Position numbers and translations under genes: made by a program
Part shown: positions 50,046 to 59,794 of the stretch, piece after piece
How the letters are laid out: each line of letters opens with the position of its first letter
Position numbering within the stretch: position 1 is the first letter of the stretch
Notes under the pieces: model-generated
Told to the model about the DNA's origin: nothing
What the model saw: the letters and a program-made list of their open reading frames with translations, nothing else
The model's database searches: none
Assembly: GCA_965197425.1 (NCBI GenBank)
Contig: CBDANC010000014.1
Span: 224,001 to 288,000 of the forward strand
Length of the DNA: 64,000 bases
Direction of reading: 5' to 3'
Origin: Bdellovibrionales bacterium
GTDB lineage: Bacteria; Bdellovibrionota; Bdellovibrionia; Bdellovibrionales; JAUICD01

Positions 50046-50871
50046 TGTATCCTGACATATTAAAATCCATTTTATTAGGTATAATTCAAGGAATAACTGA
50101 GTTTTTACCAATATCTAGCTCCGGACATCTAACACTAGCACAACATTTTTTGGGTATTTATAAAGAAACAATACAATTTGATATAGTTGTGCATTTTGCA
50201 ACTTTGTTGTCGGTATTTACGGTTATGAGAGGAGTTTTAATAAAGCTTTTTTATCTCATATTAGAAGATATAAAGAGTCGAAACTTTACTGGTACTGGCC
50301 TCCTGCTTTTATATAAAATCATTGTGGCAACAATCCCTGTTGGCTTAGTTGGTGTGTTTTTTAGAGGTAATATAGAATCTCTTTTTAACAATCTTACTGT
50401 AGTGGCTTTAGCATTTTGCTTTACTGGAATATTATTGCTGTCCACAAAAATTTATGAAAACATTCGAATTCCGTAGATGCCGGAGATATTGAAGATATTA
50501 AGGACATAAACTTTATGCAAAGCTTTATTGTTGGGATTTTTCAAATGATAGCCATTATACCTGGTGTTAGTAGATCTGGGACTTCTATTGTCGGTGGAAT
50601 GATGACCAAGATGAGTAATTTAACTAGTGTTTATTTTAGCTTCATTATATCAATACCTGCAATTTTAGGGGCTACGGTGTTAGAAATAAAAAAAATGGCC
50701 ATATCACCATCTGATGTAGACATTTGGTTTTTAGCCGCTGGATTTTTAGCAGCATATATATCTGGTGTTGTGGGTTTGACACTAGTGGTGAAAATTGCAA
50801 AAAACAAAAAACTATTCTACTTTACACCTTACCTTGTTATCTTGGGGCTGATATTATTGATATTTTTTTAA
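50045..50871 (+). CDS. uppP: undecaprenyl-diphosphate phosphatase, split by a frameshift near 50445-50470
   Basis: QGITEFLPISSSGH in one frame and PGVSRSG in the other. Confidence 0.88.
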
Positions 50872-50896
50872 AATTCTGAAATAAAAAAGGTGAATC

Positions 50897-52033
50897 ATGG
50901 AGAAGTTTGAAACTAGAGCTATTAGAAATGCACAAAACCCTGACTCTACTAGTGGTGCAATTGTAACACCTATAACTCTATCCACTACATATGTTCAACA
51001 ATCTCCTGGCGTTCATAAAGGTTATGATTATTCTAGAAGTGGCAATCCAACCAGAAAAGCTTATGAAGATTGCTTAGCAAGTTTAGAGTCTGGACAATAT
51101 GGATTTTCATTTGCTTCTGGTTGTTCTGCACTAACTACAATCCTACATTTGCTAAAAACAGGAGATCATTTAATAGCAGTAGACGATATATATGGTGGAA
51201 CCTTTAGAATTTTTGAAAAAGTCATAAAAAATAATGGTATTTCAACTACATTTTGTGATCTAACAAATCCAGAAAATTTGTTAAATGCATTAACAGATAA
51301 AACCAAAATGATTTGGGTTGAAACTCCAACTAATCCACAACTAAAGCTTGTCGATATTAAAAAAATATCCCAACTAAAACCAAAAGAAGTGCTACTTGGA
51401 GTGGATAATACTTTTATGAGCCCCTTTTTCCAAAGACCTTTAGAGGTGGGCGCTGACATATCCTATAACTCAACTTCCAAATATATCTCCGGTCATAATG
51501 ATGTAATAGGTGGCTTCGCCACGGTAAATAACCAGGATTTAGCTGACAAAATTGCTTTTTTACAAAATGCCATAGGTGCCGTGCCATCAGTATTCGACTG
51601 CTATATGTGTCTTAGGAGTTTGAAAACTTTAGCCGTTAGGATGAAACAACACGAGAAAAACGCCCTTACAGTAGCGTCTTTTTTGGAAAATCACCCTAAA
51701 ATAGAAAAGGCCTATTATCCAGGACTTAAAAGCCACCCACAACATGAATTGGCAAAACAACAAATGGATGGATTCTCAGGAATGATTAGCTTTCTATTAA
51801 AATCAAGCAATGTAACTAAGTTTCTAGAAGAATTAAACCTGTTTTATTTAGCAGAAAGCCTAGGAAGCGTAATATCTCTGGTGGATCACCCAGCTACTAT
51901 GACGCATGCCAGTATGCCTATTGAAGCACGAAGATCTTTAGGAATTTTGGATAATTTAATTCGTTTGAGTGTAGGTATAGAAGATGCTCAGGATTTAACC
52001 GACGATCTAGATCGTGCTCTACAAATATCTTAA
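50897..52033 (+). CDS. cystathionine gamma-lyase/synthase (PLP trans-sulfuration family)
   Basis: YSRSGNPTR, ETPTNP, VDNTF, STSKYISGHND, AESLG, RLSVGIE. Confidence 0.92.
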   Translation: MEKFETRAIRNAQNPDSTSGAIVTPITLSTTYVQQSPGVHKGYDYSRSGNPTRKAYEDCLASLESGQYGFSFASGCSALTTILHLLKTGDHLIAVDDIYGGTFRIFEKVIKNNGISTTFCDLTNPENLLNALTDKTKMIWVETPTNPQLKLVDIKKISQLKPKEVLLGVDNTFMSPFFQRPLEVGADISYNSTSKYISGHNDVIGGFATVNNQDLADKIAFLQNAIGAVPSVFDCYMCLRSLKTLAVRMKQHEKNALTVASFLENHPKIEKAYYPGLKSHPQHELAKQQMDGFSGMISFLLKSSNVTKFLEELNLFYLAESLGSVISLVDHPATMTHASMPIEARRSLGILDNLIRLSVGIEDAQDLTDDLDRALQIS

Positions 52034-52172
52034 GCCAAAAATGATATATAAAAGAGTTTATAAATAGTTTGTATATACTGGTTTGCATATATTAGAAGTT
52101 TTGTACTGTCCTATATATAGGGTATTTTGTTATGACTGTTGTTATGCAGATTTTCATGGTCAGCATCAAAAT

Positions 52173-52248
<76 letters not shown>

Positions 52249-52264
52249 CACACACCACACAACA

Positions 52265-53032
52265 TCAACAATCAGCAGGAGCTCCACTTAGCAGTGCCTC
52301 AGGCAAATTGTCATCAGGAGGGGTCAAGAAGTAAACCCCCAACACAGCTTTGACAAATGCTTTGTCTATATAAGAAAACTTTAAATCACCGTCCACAAGA
52401 AAGTTCATTTTATTCCCAACTAATTGCAGTGACACCTTCTGCCCTTTTTTTATGTCCATAAAAACCGTATCAAGACCAGAAGTTTTATGCATCTGTTCAA
52501 CATCTGAAATCCCCTGTTCTTCTAAACCACGCTTCCATTCCCATGAATCACGAAGCGAATCTTTATCAACATCTCTTACAAAATACATGTCTATCTGTTT
52601 ATAAGAATCAGAGTTTATTAACTGATATGGATCAAAAGAAGAATCATTTGTATAAAAGGCAGCTATATAAACATCCACAGTTAAACCAAATTTTCTGGCC
52701 TGTCTTAACCCCACTCCCTTTAGATTGAGAGTAGCACCATCTACCCTTAAGTCATTAGGCATATCAGGCACATCAGCTTCACACAATTTGTCAGTGCTAC
52801 CAGCTACATTTGTACTGAGAATACTACTAATGGAACGATCTGCATCGTCATCATTTGGACCACAAATTAAATGGCTATAATTGGACGATATTATCATTAT
52901 TCCCACAGCACTGCACAAAATAACCGCAGAGAAAAAACATGTCACAAGCAAGAACATGCGGCCTGTAAAAAAACTTTTACATACATTTTTATCACTTTTC
53001 TTTTCTGAAAACATCATACCCAAATCCCCCAC
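52265..53032 (-). CDS. chalcone isomerase-like fold protein
   Basis: LNLKGVGLR...VDVYIAAFY and FVKAVLGVYF motifs; N-terminal TM; start uncertain. Confidence 0.7.
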   Translation of the reverse strand: MGDLGMMFSEKKSDKNVCKSFFTGRMFLLVTCFFSAVILCSAVGIMIISSNYSHLICGPNDDDADRSISSILSTNVAGSTDKLCEADVPDMPNDLRVDGATLNLKGVGLRQARKFGLTVDVYIAAFYTNDSSFDPYQLINSDSYKQIDMYFVRDVDKDSLRDSWEWKRGLEEQGISDVEQMHKTSGLDTVFMDIKKGQKVSLQLVGNKMNFLVDGDLKFSYIDKAFVKAVLGVYFLTPPDDNLPEALLSGAPADC

Positions 53033-53205
53033 TAAAAACCTTAGCTAGCTTGTATTTGAAACACAAAACATATGTGTATCAGTACACATAATTGGTTTTT
53101 ATAGCATTTATAACATCAGTATATTAAACAATATGGAGTAATTCTATAGAACAAGCAAATATGTTGAATTTTTTACTAACAAGCTGTTTAAAAGTATTAA
53201 AAATA

Positions 53206-53610
53206 TTACTGCGAAATAACGGACATTGCTACCTTGTTTACGCCTGCTTTTTTCAATGAATCCATCACTGAAATAACAACACCATGGGAAACATTTTTAT
53301 CAGCAGATATCACGGCGTATATTTCCAAGTCCCCTTCCACTAAATTGTGAACCTTATAGACTAAGTCATCAGTATTTGTACCTTCACCGTTTAACAACAC
53401 AACACCATTTGGATCTATTGAGATATTCAAAGTTGATTTAGCTATTTCCTCTCCTGTACCAGCCTTTGGAAGTTCAATCATAATTGAAGGTGATATTATC
53501 AATGAAGAAGTAAGCATAAAAATTATAAGAACAACTAAAATAATATCTACAAAGGGAGTTACATTGATTGTGGATATTGGTTCATCATCCTGATCTAGGC
53601 TAGATGCCAA
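53206..53610 (-). CDS. exbD: ExbD/TolR family protein
   Basis: INVTPFVDIILVVLIIFM, ISADKNV. Confidence 0.9.
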   Translation of the reverse strand: MASSLDQDDEPISTINVTPFVDIILVVLIIFMLTSSLIISPSIMIELPKAGTGEEIAKSTLNISIDPNGVVLLNGEGTNTDDLVYKVHNLVEGDLEIYAVISADKNVSHGVVISVMDSLKKAGVNKVAMSVISQ

Positions 53611-53611
53611 A

Positions 53612-54286
53612 TCAACCTCCTGTGTTGTCTTTTACTTTTTTTTGTACGGAAAATTTCTTTTGATAATGATACACTACACAAAATTCTTTTAAAGCATCCA
53701 GACTACTTAAAATATATTTTACTTTTTTTTGAAAAATATTGAAGGCAATAACCGCAGGTATTGCAACAAATAATCCTACTGCAGTTGCTACTAAGGCTTC
53801 TGCTATTCCACTCATAACTGCTTGAGTACTAGACATTGATCCTTCTGCTTGTGCCAAACCTAAATCCTTAAAAGCCTTCATAATTCCCAACACTGTACCC
53901 AAAAGACCAATAAAAGGTGCGTTGGATCCTATGGTTGCAAGTGCAGACAAACCTCTTTCAAAAATAGACTTATTGGTCAATATAAATGAATCAAAGGCTT
54001 CCCTTATCCCGTCTGGATTTATCTGATCACTAAGAACAATATTGAGTGCTTTTGAATGAAGTGTGTCTTCTGATTTTAAAGAATCTAAAACATCAAAACT
54101 TTTATAGCGAAGTATGTCTCTAATTCTTTCATTCATCCTTTCGCTGTCTTTCCTTAAACTTCGTAGTGTCATTACTCTCTCAATCATGACAGCTACACTG
54201 TAAATGGACATAACTATTAGCAAATACAGGATTGCCTCCGCACCTCCATTTGCTACTACAAAAAATTTTTCAGTAAGATTAAACAT
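53612..54286 (-). CDS. exbB: MotA/TolQ/ExbB proton channel protein
   Basis: APFIGLLGTVLGIM, GIAEALVATAVGL. Confidence 0.9.
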   Translation of the reverse strand: MFNLTEKFFVVANGGAEAILYLLIVMSIYSVAVMIERVMTLRSLRKDSERMNERIRDILRYKSFDVLDSLKSEDTLHSKALNIVLSDQINPDGIREAFDSFILTNKSIFERGLSALATIGSNAPFIGLLGTVLGIMKAFKDLGLAQAEGSMSSTQAVMSGIAEALVATAVGLFVAIPAVIAFNIFQKKVKYILSSLDALKEFCVVYHYQKKFSVQKKVKDNTGG

Positions 54287-54375
54287 GAAAGCTATAGACT
54301 CCTGAACCCAAAAATAACATAGTTTAATTTAAGAATGTACAGTTTAAATCTTAAATATATTAAGCTAAACTAAAG

Positions 54376-56148
54376 ATGCATTTGAAGATTTTAAAATACA
54401 TACTATTAACTATATTGCTGACTCAGTCTTCATGTGTGTTTATAAACAAAACCCCATATCCTTCTGTGCTTATAATTGCAATTGACTCTCTAAAACATGA
54501 CGACATCTCATGTTCAAGCGTAGATGAAACTAGGCTTTTGTACGGGTTTTATGGATTATGCCAAAACTCATTTAAATTTAACAATGCTATTACAACTAGT
54601 GTGTTATCCGCTCCTGCAATGGCATCTATATTGACAGCTATGTACCCTTATAAACATGGACTAATCCACAACGGAAATCAATTTTTGTCAGCAGAAGTTG
54701 AAACCATACCAGAGCTTTTGATTTCAAAAGGAATCAAAACTAGTTTTTTTTCAGGAGGAGCTCCTATTTGGAGAAAGTTAGGGTTAGCTCAGGGATTTGA
54801 AGTATTTAATGATTACATATCTATTAGCAACGACAGAGTGTTCAGAAAAGCATCTGAAAATGTAAGTCTTTTTCTTTCATGGCTACAAAACATTAACACA
54901 AGCTTTTTTTCTGTACTCTATTTTCCTGATCTACAATTTCCTGATAATTTTAATCAAGCAAGAGAAGAGCATATAGCTTATAGATTGGAAGAAATTGACG
55001 AAGCCTTAGGAAATTTACAAAAAAACTTACAGGAGTTAAACAGATGGAATAACACAATTGTTATACTAGTTGGACTAAACGGTAGAACAAAACTAAAACG
55101 ACCAAATGAACTAGAGCCACTCAAACTTTTTGTTGATAATTTTAAAGTGGCTCTTTTTGTAAAGCCACAATCCAAAAGAAAAGATCGGGGAGTAAATATA
55201 TATGTAGAAGATAATGTAAATCTCATTGATTTAGGAAGTTATATTCTACAAGCTTACAATATCACCAATACAAGAGAAGAGCTATTTCATGAACCAATAG
55301 ACATAAAAAAAATGTTTGATAATAAAACCATACACCCAACAAAAAAAAGAAAACTTCTAATAGAATCTGCTTGGGGATATTGGAAGTTAGATGGAAAAAC
55401 AAGATTTGGACTATTAGAGCAAGAAAAACTAACCCTAAACCAATCTAAAAATTCACAATATGATATTTGGATAGATCGAATGCAAAGATCACCAGTGGAT
55501 AGTGAAAGGTATGAAAGTTATAAAGCTTTAAAGTCTGATTTGGATATGTTTTTGTCAAGCAATGGGCTAGAACAATTTGTATATCCTGATAACAACATAA
55601 TTCAAAAATATATGATTGCCTCTGAAATTTTTAAAGATGGGAAAATACTATCAGAACTTGAAGCATATTCCTATGGCAATCCAGAAGACATTGAGGCTAA
55701 AAATTGGATAGCTTATTGGGCACTAAAACTAAAAAACTGGGAGCTTCTTTTAAGAATGTCTAAAGAGCTTAAACAACCAATATGGCATCATGTGGCTTTA
55801 ACACATTTAAATAGACCGACTAACATTGAAGATCCTTGTTGGGATTTATTAAATTCAGAAAGACAAACAGAGACCAGCTGTAAGGACATAAAGTTTTCAA
55901 ACTTTGCTTTTTGGATCAAACATGATAAACAAAAATCAACATTAGCCACATATTACAAAAGTATCTTTATAAAGATGTACAAAAAACATATTATTCATGA
56001 GAAAATTGCAAGGCTTAATTGGTATAACTATAATATATGGAATGTAGAAAGCACAGGGTACTTAAGACCTTTTTTAGTTGATCTGGTACTTTCACTGCCA
56101 GAGTATAGAGAATATAGATTGCAAATTTTAGATCACTTAAAACCCTAA
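54376..56148 (+). CDS. sulfatase-like (alkaline phosphatase superfamily) exported protein
   Basis: VLIIAIDSLKHD, SAPAMASILT..YP.KHG, GLAQGFEVFND. Confidence 0.7.
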   Translation: MHLKILKYILLTILLTQSSCVFINKTPYPSVLIIAIDSLKHDDISCSSVDETRLLYGFYGLCQNSFKFNNAITTSVLSAPAMASILTAMYPYKHGLIHNGNQFLSAEVETIPELLISKGIKTSFFSGGAPIWRKLGLAQGFEVFNDYISISNDRVFRKASENVSLFLSWLQNINTSFFSVLYFPDLQFPDNFNQAREEHIAYRLEEIDEALGNLQKNLQELNRWNNTIVILVGLNGRTKLKRPNELEPLKLFVDNFKVALFVKPQSKRKDRGVNIYVEDNVNLIDLGSYILQAYNITNTREELFHEPIDIKKMFDNKTIHPTKKRKLLIESAWGYWKLDGKTRFGLLEQEKLTLNQSKNSQYDIWIDRMQRSPVDSERYESYKALKSDLDMFLSSNGLEQFVYPDNNIIQKYMIASEIFKDGKILSELEAYSYGNPEDIEAKNWIAYWALKLKNWELLLRMSKELKQPIWHHVALTHLNRPTNIEDPCWDLLNSERQTETSCKDIKFSNFAFWIKHDKQKSTLATYYKSIFIKMYKKHIIHEKIARLNWYNYNIWNVESTGYLRPFLVDLVLSLPEYREYRLQILDHLKP

Positions 56149-56158
56149 AGGTCTTCCG

Positions 56159-56239
56159 AACGAGGCAAAAAATAAGGAGGCTTCGCCTACTTTTTTTTGA
56201 CGAGTGGTTGTTCCCTGGTAGACCTCACAGCTGATCCAT
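56159..56239 (+). repeat. dispersed element type C with embedded terminator
   Basis: Inverted copy of 6054-6136; GGAGGC-TTC-GCCTAC-T8. Confidence 0.85.
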
Positions 56240-56252
56240 CCTTACATAGCAA

Positions 56253-56927
56253 TCAAAATTCAACTACTCCAAGCCAAAAAGGATTTTCACCATCTGAAGA
56301 TAAAATTTTACTAGCATTATCCAAGGTAACCTTTGAAAGGTCTAAATCCATTAGTTGTGGATCAAAATAATTTCCCAACAATAAAATTAATTTATCATTT
56401 GAAATCCCTTTAATACTACCTGGAATTACATATTCATTAGCATTTAATCCAACCAATTCCAATGGAAGTGGTACTGTCTTATCTTTATTTTGGGATTGTA
56501 CAGATAGAGGAACACATGTTTGGAGTGGAAAAGATCTGTCGTCTTTATAAAGAATTAAACAAAATCCTTTTGTTGAAAACCAGATAAGCTCATTTTTAGA
56601 TCTCGCCATGACAAATGTTTCCACTCCACAGCTATATTCATTTTCATTGAATTCTGAATATATTCTTTGTGAGGCTAAAATTATTGACATTCTTATGTTG
56701 TTTGCCTCCGTAGATAAAGTAGGAATACGAGGAAAAGGGCTGGTAGCACCACTGTCTGCACAAGCTCCCCCGTAATAGTCTACAACAGAATTTATAAAAG
56801 CTTCAGATGCTCCGTTATCACCCCAAACATTACTAACAATAATTAAATTTAACTTCTCATCTAAAAAGACTGTTGGCTTTGGAAGCTTTACTTTATTTCC
56901 TATAAAAGATCGATATTCTATTTTCAT
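56253..56927 (-). CDS. hypothetical protein, possibly a degenerate PP2C-like fold
   Basis: Last gene of the FHA operon; pattern reminiscent of PP2C but no DG motifs. Confidence 0.45.
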   Translation of the reverse strand: MKIEYRSFIGNKVKLPKPTVFLDEKLNLIIVSNVWGDNGASEAFINSVVDYYGGACADSGATSPFPRIPTLSTEANNIRMSIILASQRIYSEFNENEYSCGVETFVMARSKNELIWFSTKGFCLILYKDDRSFPLQTCVPLSVQSQNKDKTVPLPLELVGLNANEYVIPGSIKGISNDKLILLLGNYFDPQLMDLDLSKVTLDNASKILSSDGENPFWLGVVEF

Positions 56928-58900
56928 AAACCATATTTTTTTAATTTTATTTTAGCTTTTTTCATATACTCACCATCGGGTATATCCATTGTTGTAATTT
57001 GTTTCCACTTGCCTTTAGCCGATTCTAAATTGCCCATATTCTCTTCCAAAATAGCATCTTGAAATAGTGCTCTGGTTTTCTTTCGCAACTCTGCAGTATA
57101 ACTTGTTATCTTTTCTCTGGATTCTTGATGATTTGGATCTAGATATAAATTCTTTCTTAGATTCAAAATAGCTCTTTTGTAATTTCCTGTCCTTGCGCTA
57201 CTATTTGCATTTCTAATATTGGCCTTAATTGTATTACCAATCGAAGATTTTATTTTAGATATTTCTACTTTTGATTTTGCTTTAAGATTTTTAGGATCTA
57301 AGTAGCTAGAATTTATATGCTTATTATAGGCATCTATAGCATCTAACAATCTGTTTCTTGAATGCAAGTTTTTTGCTTTCTTATATAAATTTTCACCCAT
57401 TCTTATACTTACAGCCCGTCTGTTTCTAGAAGCCTCTTGAGATTTTTTATCAGCAATATTTTTGTCTACCTTCTGAAGAATAATCTGCATTCTTGCATTG
57501 TCAGGATCGATAGACGCTACTTCTTCTAGACAACTTTGAACCCCTGATTTATTCAATGACCCCTCAGATAATTTTTCACATCTAACTAAAATAGACTCAA
57601 CTTTCTGTTTAAGCATATTTTGTTCTTTTTCCATTTTGACGATTTCTTCTTGTTGCTTCAAGGTTTCAATAGCGCTCAAACTTAAATTTTCAATCATTTT
57701 AGAATCTTTATAGCCAGGAATCAAATCGTGTATTTTTTGGATCTCTGAAAGAGCAATATTATACTTACTATCCTTATACATCTTATTGGCCAGTGCGTAG
57801 CTATTTATAACAAGCTGTTTTTGCATATCAGTCAGTATATCGAATGGAGTCTTGGTAACTTGACTCTGATTTACAGCTGCAACAGATCTATCTTGAGTTT
57901 TTGATTTTTCTTCACCTTCCATCAAATAGAACACCACTATTAATATGATAACTGAAGCAACAATTAATACTTTTTTATTTTGTTTAGGTTTTTGCACTGG
58001 AATTCTCACAGCTCCGCCTGCCCCTGATCCATCTGAATATTCATCCATAAAATCAGAAGAACCCGGTGCAATAGCTACAAGCTGCTTTTCAATGTTTGAA
58101 TCTTTAAGCTCGAATTGAATGTTTAAAAATTTAACTCTAATCAAACTTCCAGAAACTAATTCAACTTCCCTATTGGGAGTTAAATTTACCCCATTTACAT
58201 TAGTTCCATGAGAACTATTAAGATCAGTTATGTAGTATTTTGAATTATCCTTTCTAACTTCAAAATGCTGATTGTTTAAATATTGAGAATTTATCTTTAC
58301 ATCACAATTATCTGTTTTCCCAAATATCCATTTGTCGCCATCAAGCTCAACAGTCTTTTTTATCTCTCCAATACTTATGGTTATAAATGGTTTTATACTG
58401 AAAGAATCCAACTCTAGTTCTTGCGTGACTTCTTCTTTTGACTCCTCTTCTTGATAAAGCTCTTCTTCTTGACAAGATTCTTTCGTATGCTGTTCTTGTG
58501 ATTCTAAAACAGGCTCATTATTTTCATCTTCGCATAAAGATTTTTCTTCATCTAAAGGTAATTCAGATTCTATAGACGACTCCGTCATGACACTTTCGTT
58601 GGAGGTACTTGCTTCAACTATAAGTTTATATTTGTTTAAGTTAATTTCATAATTTGATTCAGGAATAATAACTTCTTTAACCGTATTTCCTTCATCATCT
58701 TCTAGGCAATCAAACCTAGACTTACAAACAACTTTCCAAGATCCATCTTCAAAAGAAAAAACTAGGTGTTCTCTTGAAATGGAATTTTCATCTATAACCA
58801 TATTACAAGATTCTTGTCTTCCAACGGATATAGACTCATCTTCAGTCATATCAACTGATTTTAAGAGTTTGTTTTTTAAATATAAGCTTAGCTTTCTCAC
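56924..58900 (-). CDS. double-FHA membrane protein with periplasmic TPR region
   Basis: VGR...ISREH and FGK...QHF...DLNSSHGTNVNG FHA motifs, acidic linker, TM, TPRs. Confidence 0.88.
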   Translation of the reverse strand: MRKLSLYLKNKLLKSVDMTEDESISVGRQESCNMVIDENSISREHLVFSFEDGSWKVVCKSRFDCLEDDEGNTVKEVIIPESNYEINLNKYKLIVEASTSNESVMTESSIESELPLDEEKSLCEDENNEPVLESQEQHTKESCQEEELYQEEESKEEVTQELELDSFSIKPFITISIGEIKKTVELDGDKWIFGKTDNCDVKINSQYLNNQHFEVRKDNSKYYITDLNSSHGTNVNGVNLTPNREVELVSGSLIRVKFLNIQFELKDSNIEKQLVAIAPGSSDFMDEYSDGSGAGGAVRIPVQKPKQNKKVLIVASVIILIVVFYLMEGEEKSKTQDRSVAAVNQSQVTKTPFDILTDMQKQLVINSYALANKMYKDSKYNIALSEIQKIHDLIPGYKDSKMIENLSLSAIETLKQQEEIVKMEKEQNMLKQKVESILVRCEKLSEGSLNKSGVQSCLEEVASIDPDNARMQIILQKVDKNIADKKSQEASRNRRAVSIRMGENLYKKAKNLHSRNRLLDAIDAYNKHINSSYLDPKNLKAKSKVEISKIKSSIGNTIKANIRNANSSARTGNYKRAILNLRKNLYLDPNHQESREKITSYTAELRKKTRALFQDAILEENMGNLESAKGKWKQITTMDIPDGEYMKKAKIKLKKYGL

Positions 58901-59794
58901 CTAAAACTCTCCCTGGGCTCTTAGCAATAGATTTATCTCTTCTAATCTTGTTCTAGCTTCTTTTGCAAGAGCTCTATTGTTGTTACCAGTCAATATCAAT
59001 ATTTGTCTATATGCAGATATGGCTCTACTATATTGTCCTTTTTCGTAATAATCATTTGCTTCAGAAAGCGTAGACTGTATCAAATAATCAAGCTTTGTTC
59101 TAGACTGCATTAAATATCTTTTTGCTAGCACATGATTTGGAAACAATGCCAACGCACCATTAAAATAATCTATTGATCTTACAAAATTCTGCTCTCTATA
59201 ATCTCTAAAGCCTTGAATAAATAAAGCCTGCGCTTCTTTATATTCCAGAGTATTCTTTTTGGTTTTAACCAATGATCTATAATGTTCTGAAGCTCTCTCT
59301 TCTATCGAAGCTAATCCTCTTTCGCTTTCATCTATCACATTGGTACTAGTGATAGCAGTACTTTTATCTTCTCCAGATAATAAAAGATAAAAGAGCCCTG
59401 CTATCACAAAAATCACAGTATAGAACATTGCCTTTGAGTTGCCTTTTCTATTAGGCATAGAAATGCCTTTATAGCCTGCTATATTAGATGTTTTGCTTAA
59501 GGCAGATTTGTTAACAAGTTTAAGGTTGGTGTTTCCCAGTTGAATTATAGACTCTGGTTCTAATATAGCATGGCTAGTATCTACACCATTTACTACAATT
59601 TTATTTGCTGGACTTATTTTTTTTATATTAACGCTTCCAGGCTTTATATTTAAAATTGCGTGTTTTCTGGAAACCTTCACATCATTTAATATGATGTCAT
59701 TAAATTTAGCTCTTCCAATTAACACAGAACTAGAGACAAGTTTGTACTCAACTCCTTTATCTTTTCCATTCATTATTTTGATAAAGTAACTCAC
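58901..59794 (-). CDS. FHA-TM-TPR protein
   Basis: IGR...VSRKH FHA, TM, TPRs. Confidence 0.88.
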   Translation of the reverse strand: MSYFIKIMNGKDKGVEYKLVSSSVLIGRAKFNDIILNDVKVSRKHAILNIKPGSVNIKKISPANKIVVNGVDTSHAILEPESIIQLGNTNLKLVNKSALSKTSNIAGYKGISMPNRKGNSKAMFYTVIFVIAGLFYLLLSGEDKSTAITSTNVIDESERGLASIEERASEHYRSLVKTKKNTLEYKEAQALFIQGFRDYREQNFVRSIDYFNGALALFPNHVLAKRYLMQSRTKLDYLIQSTLSEANDYYEKGQYSRAISAYRQILILTGNNNRALAKEARTRLEEINLLLRAQGEF

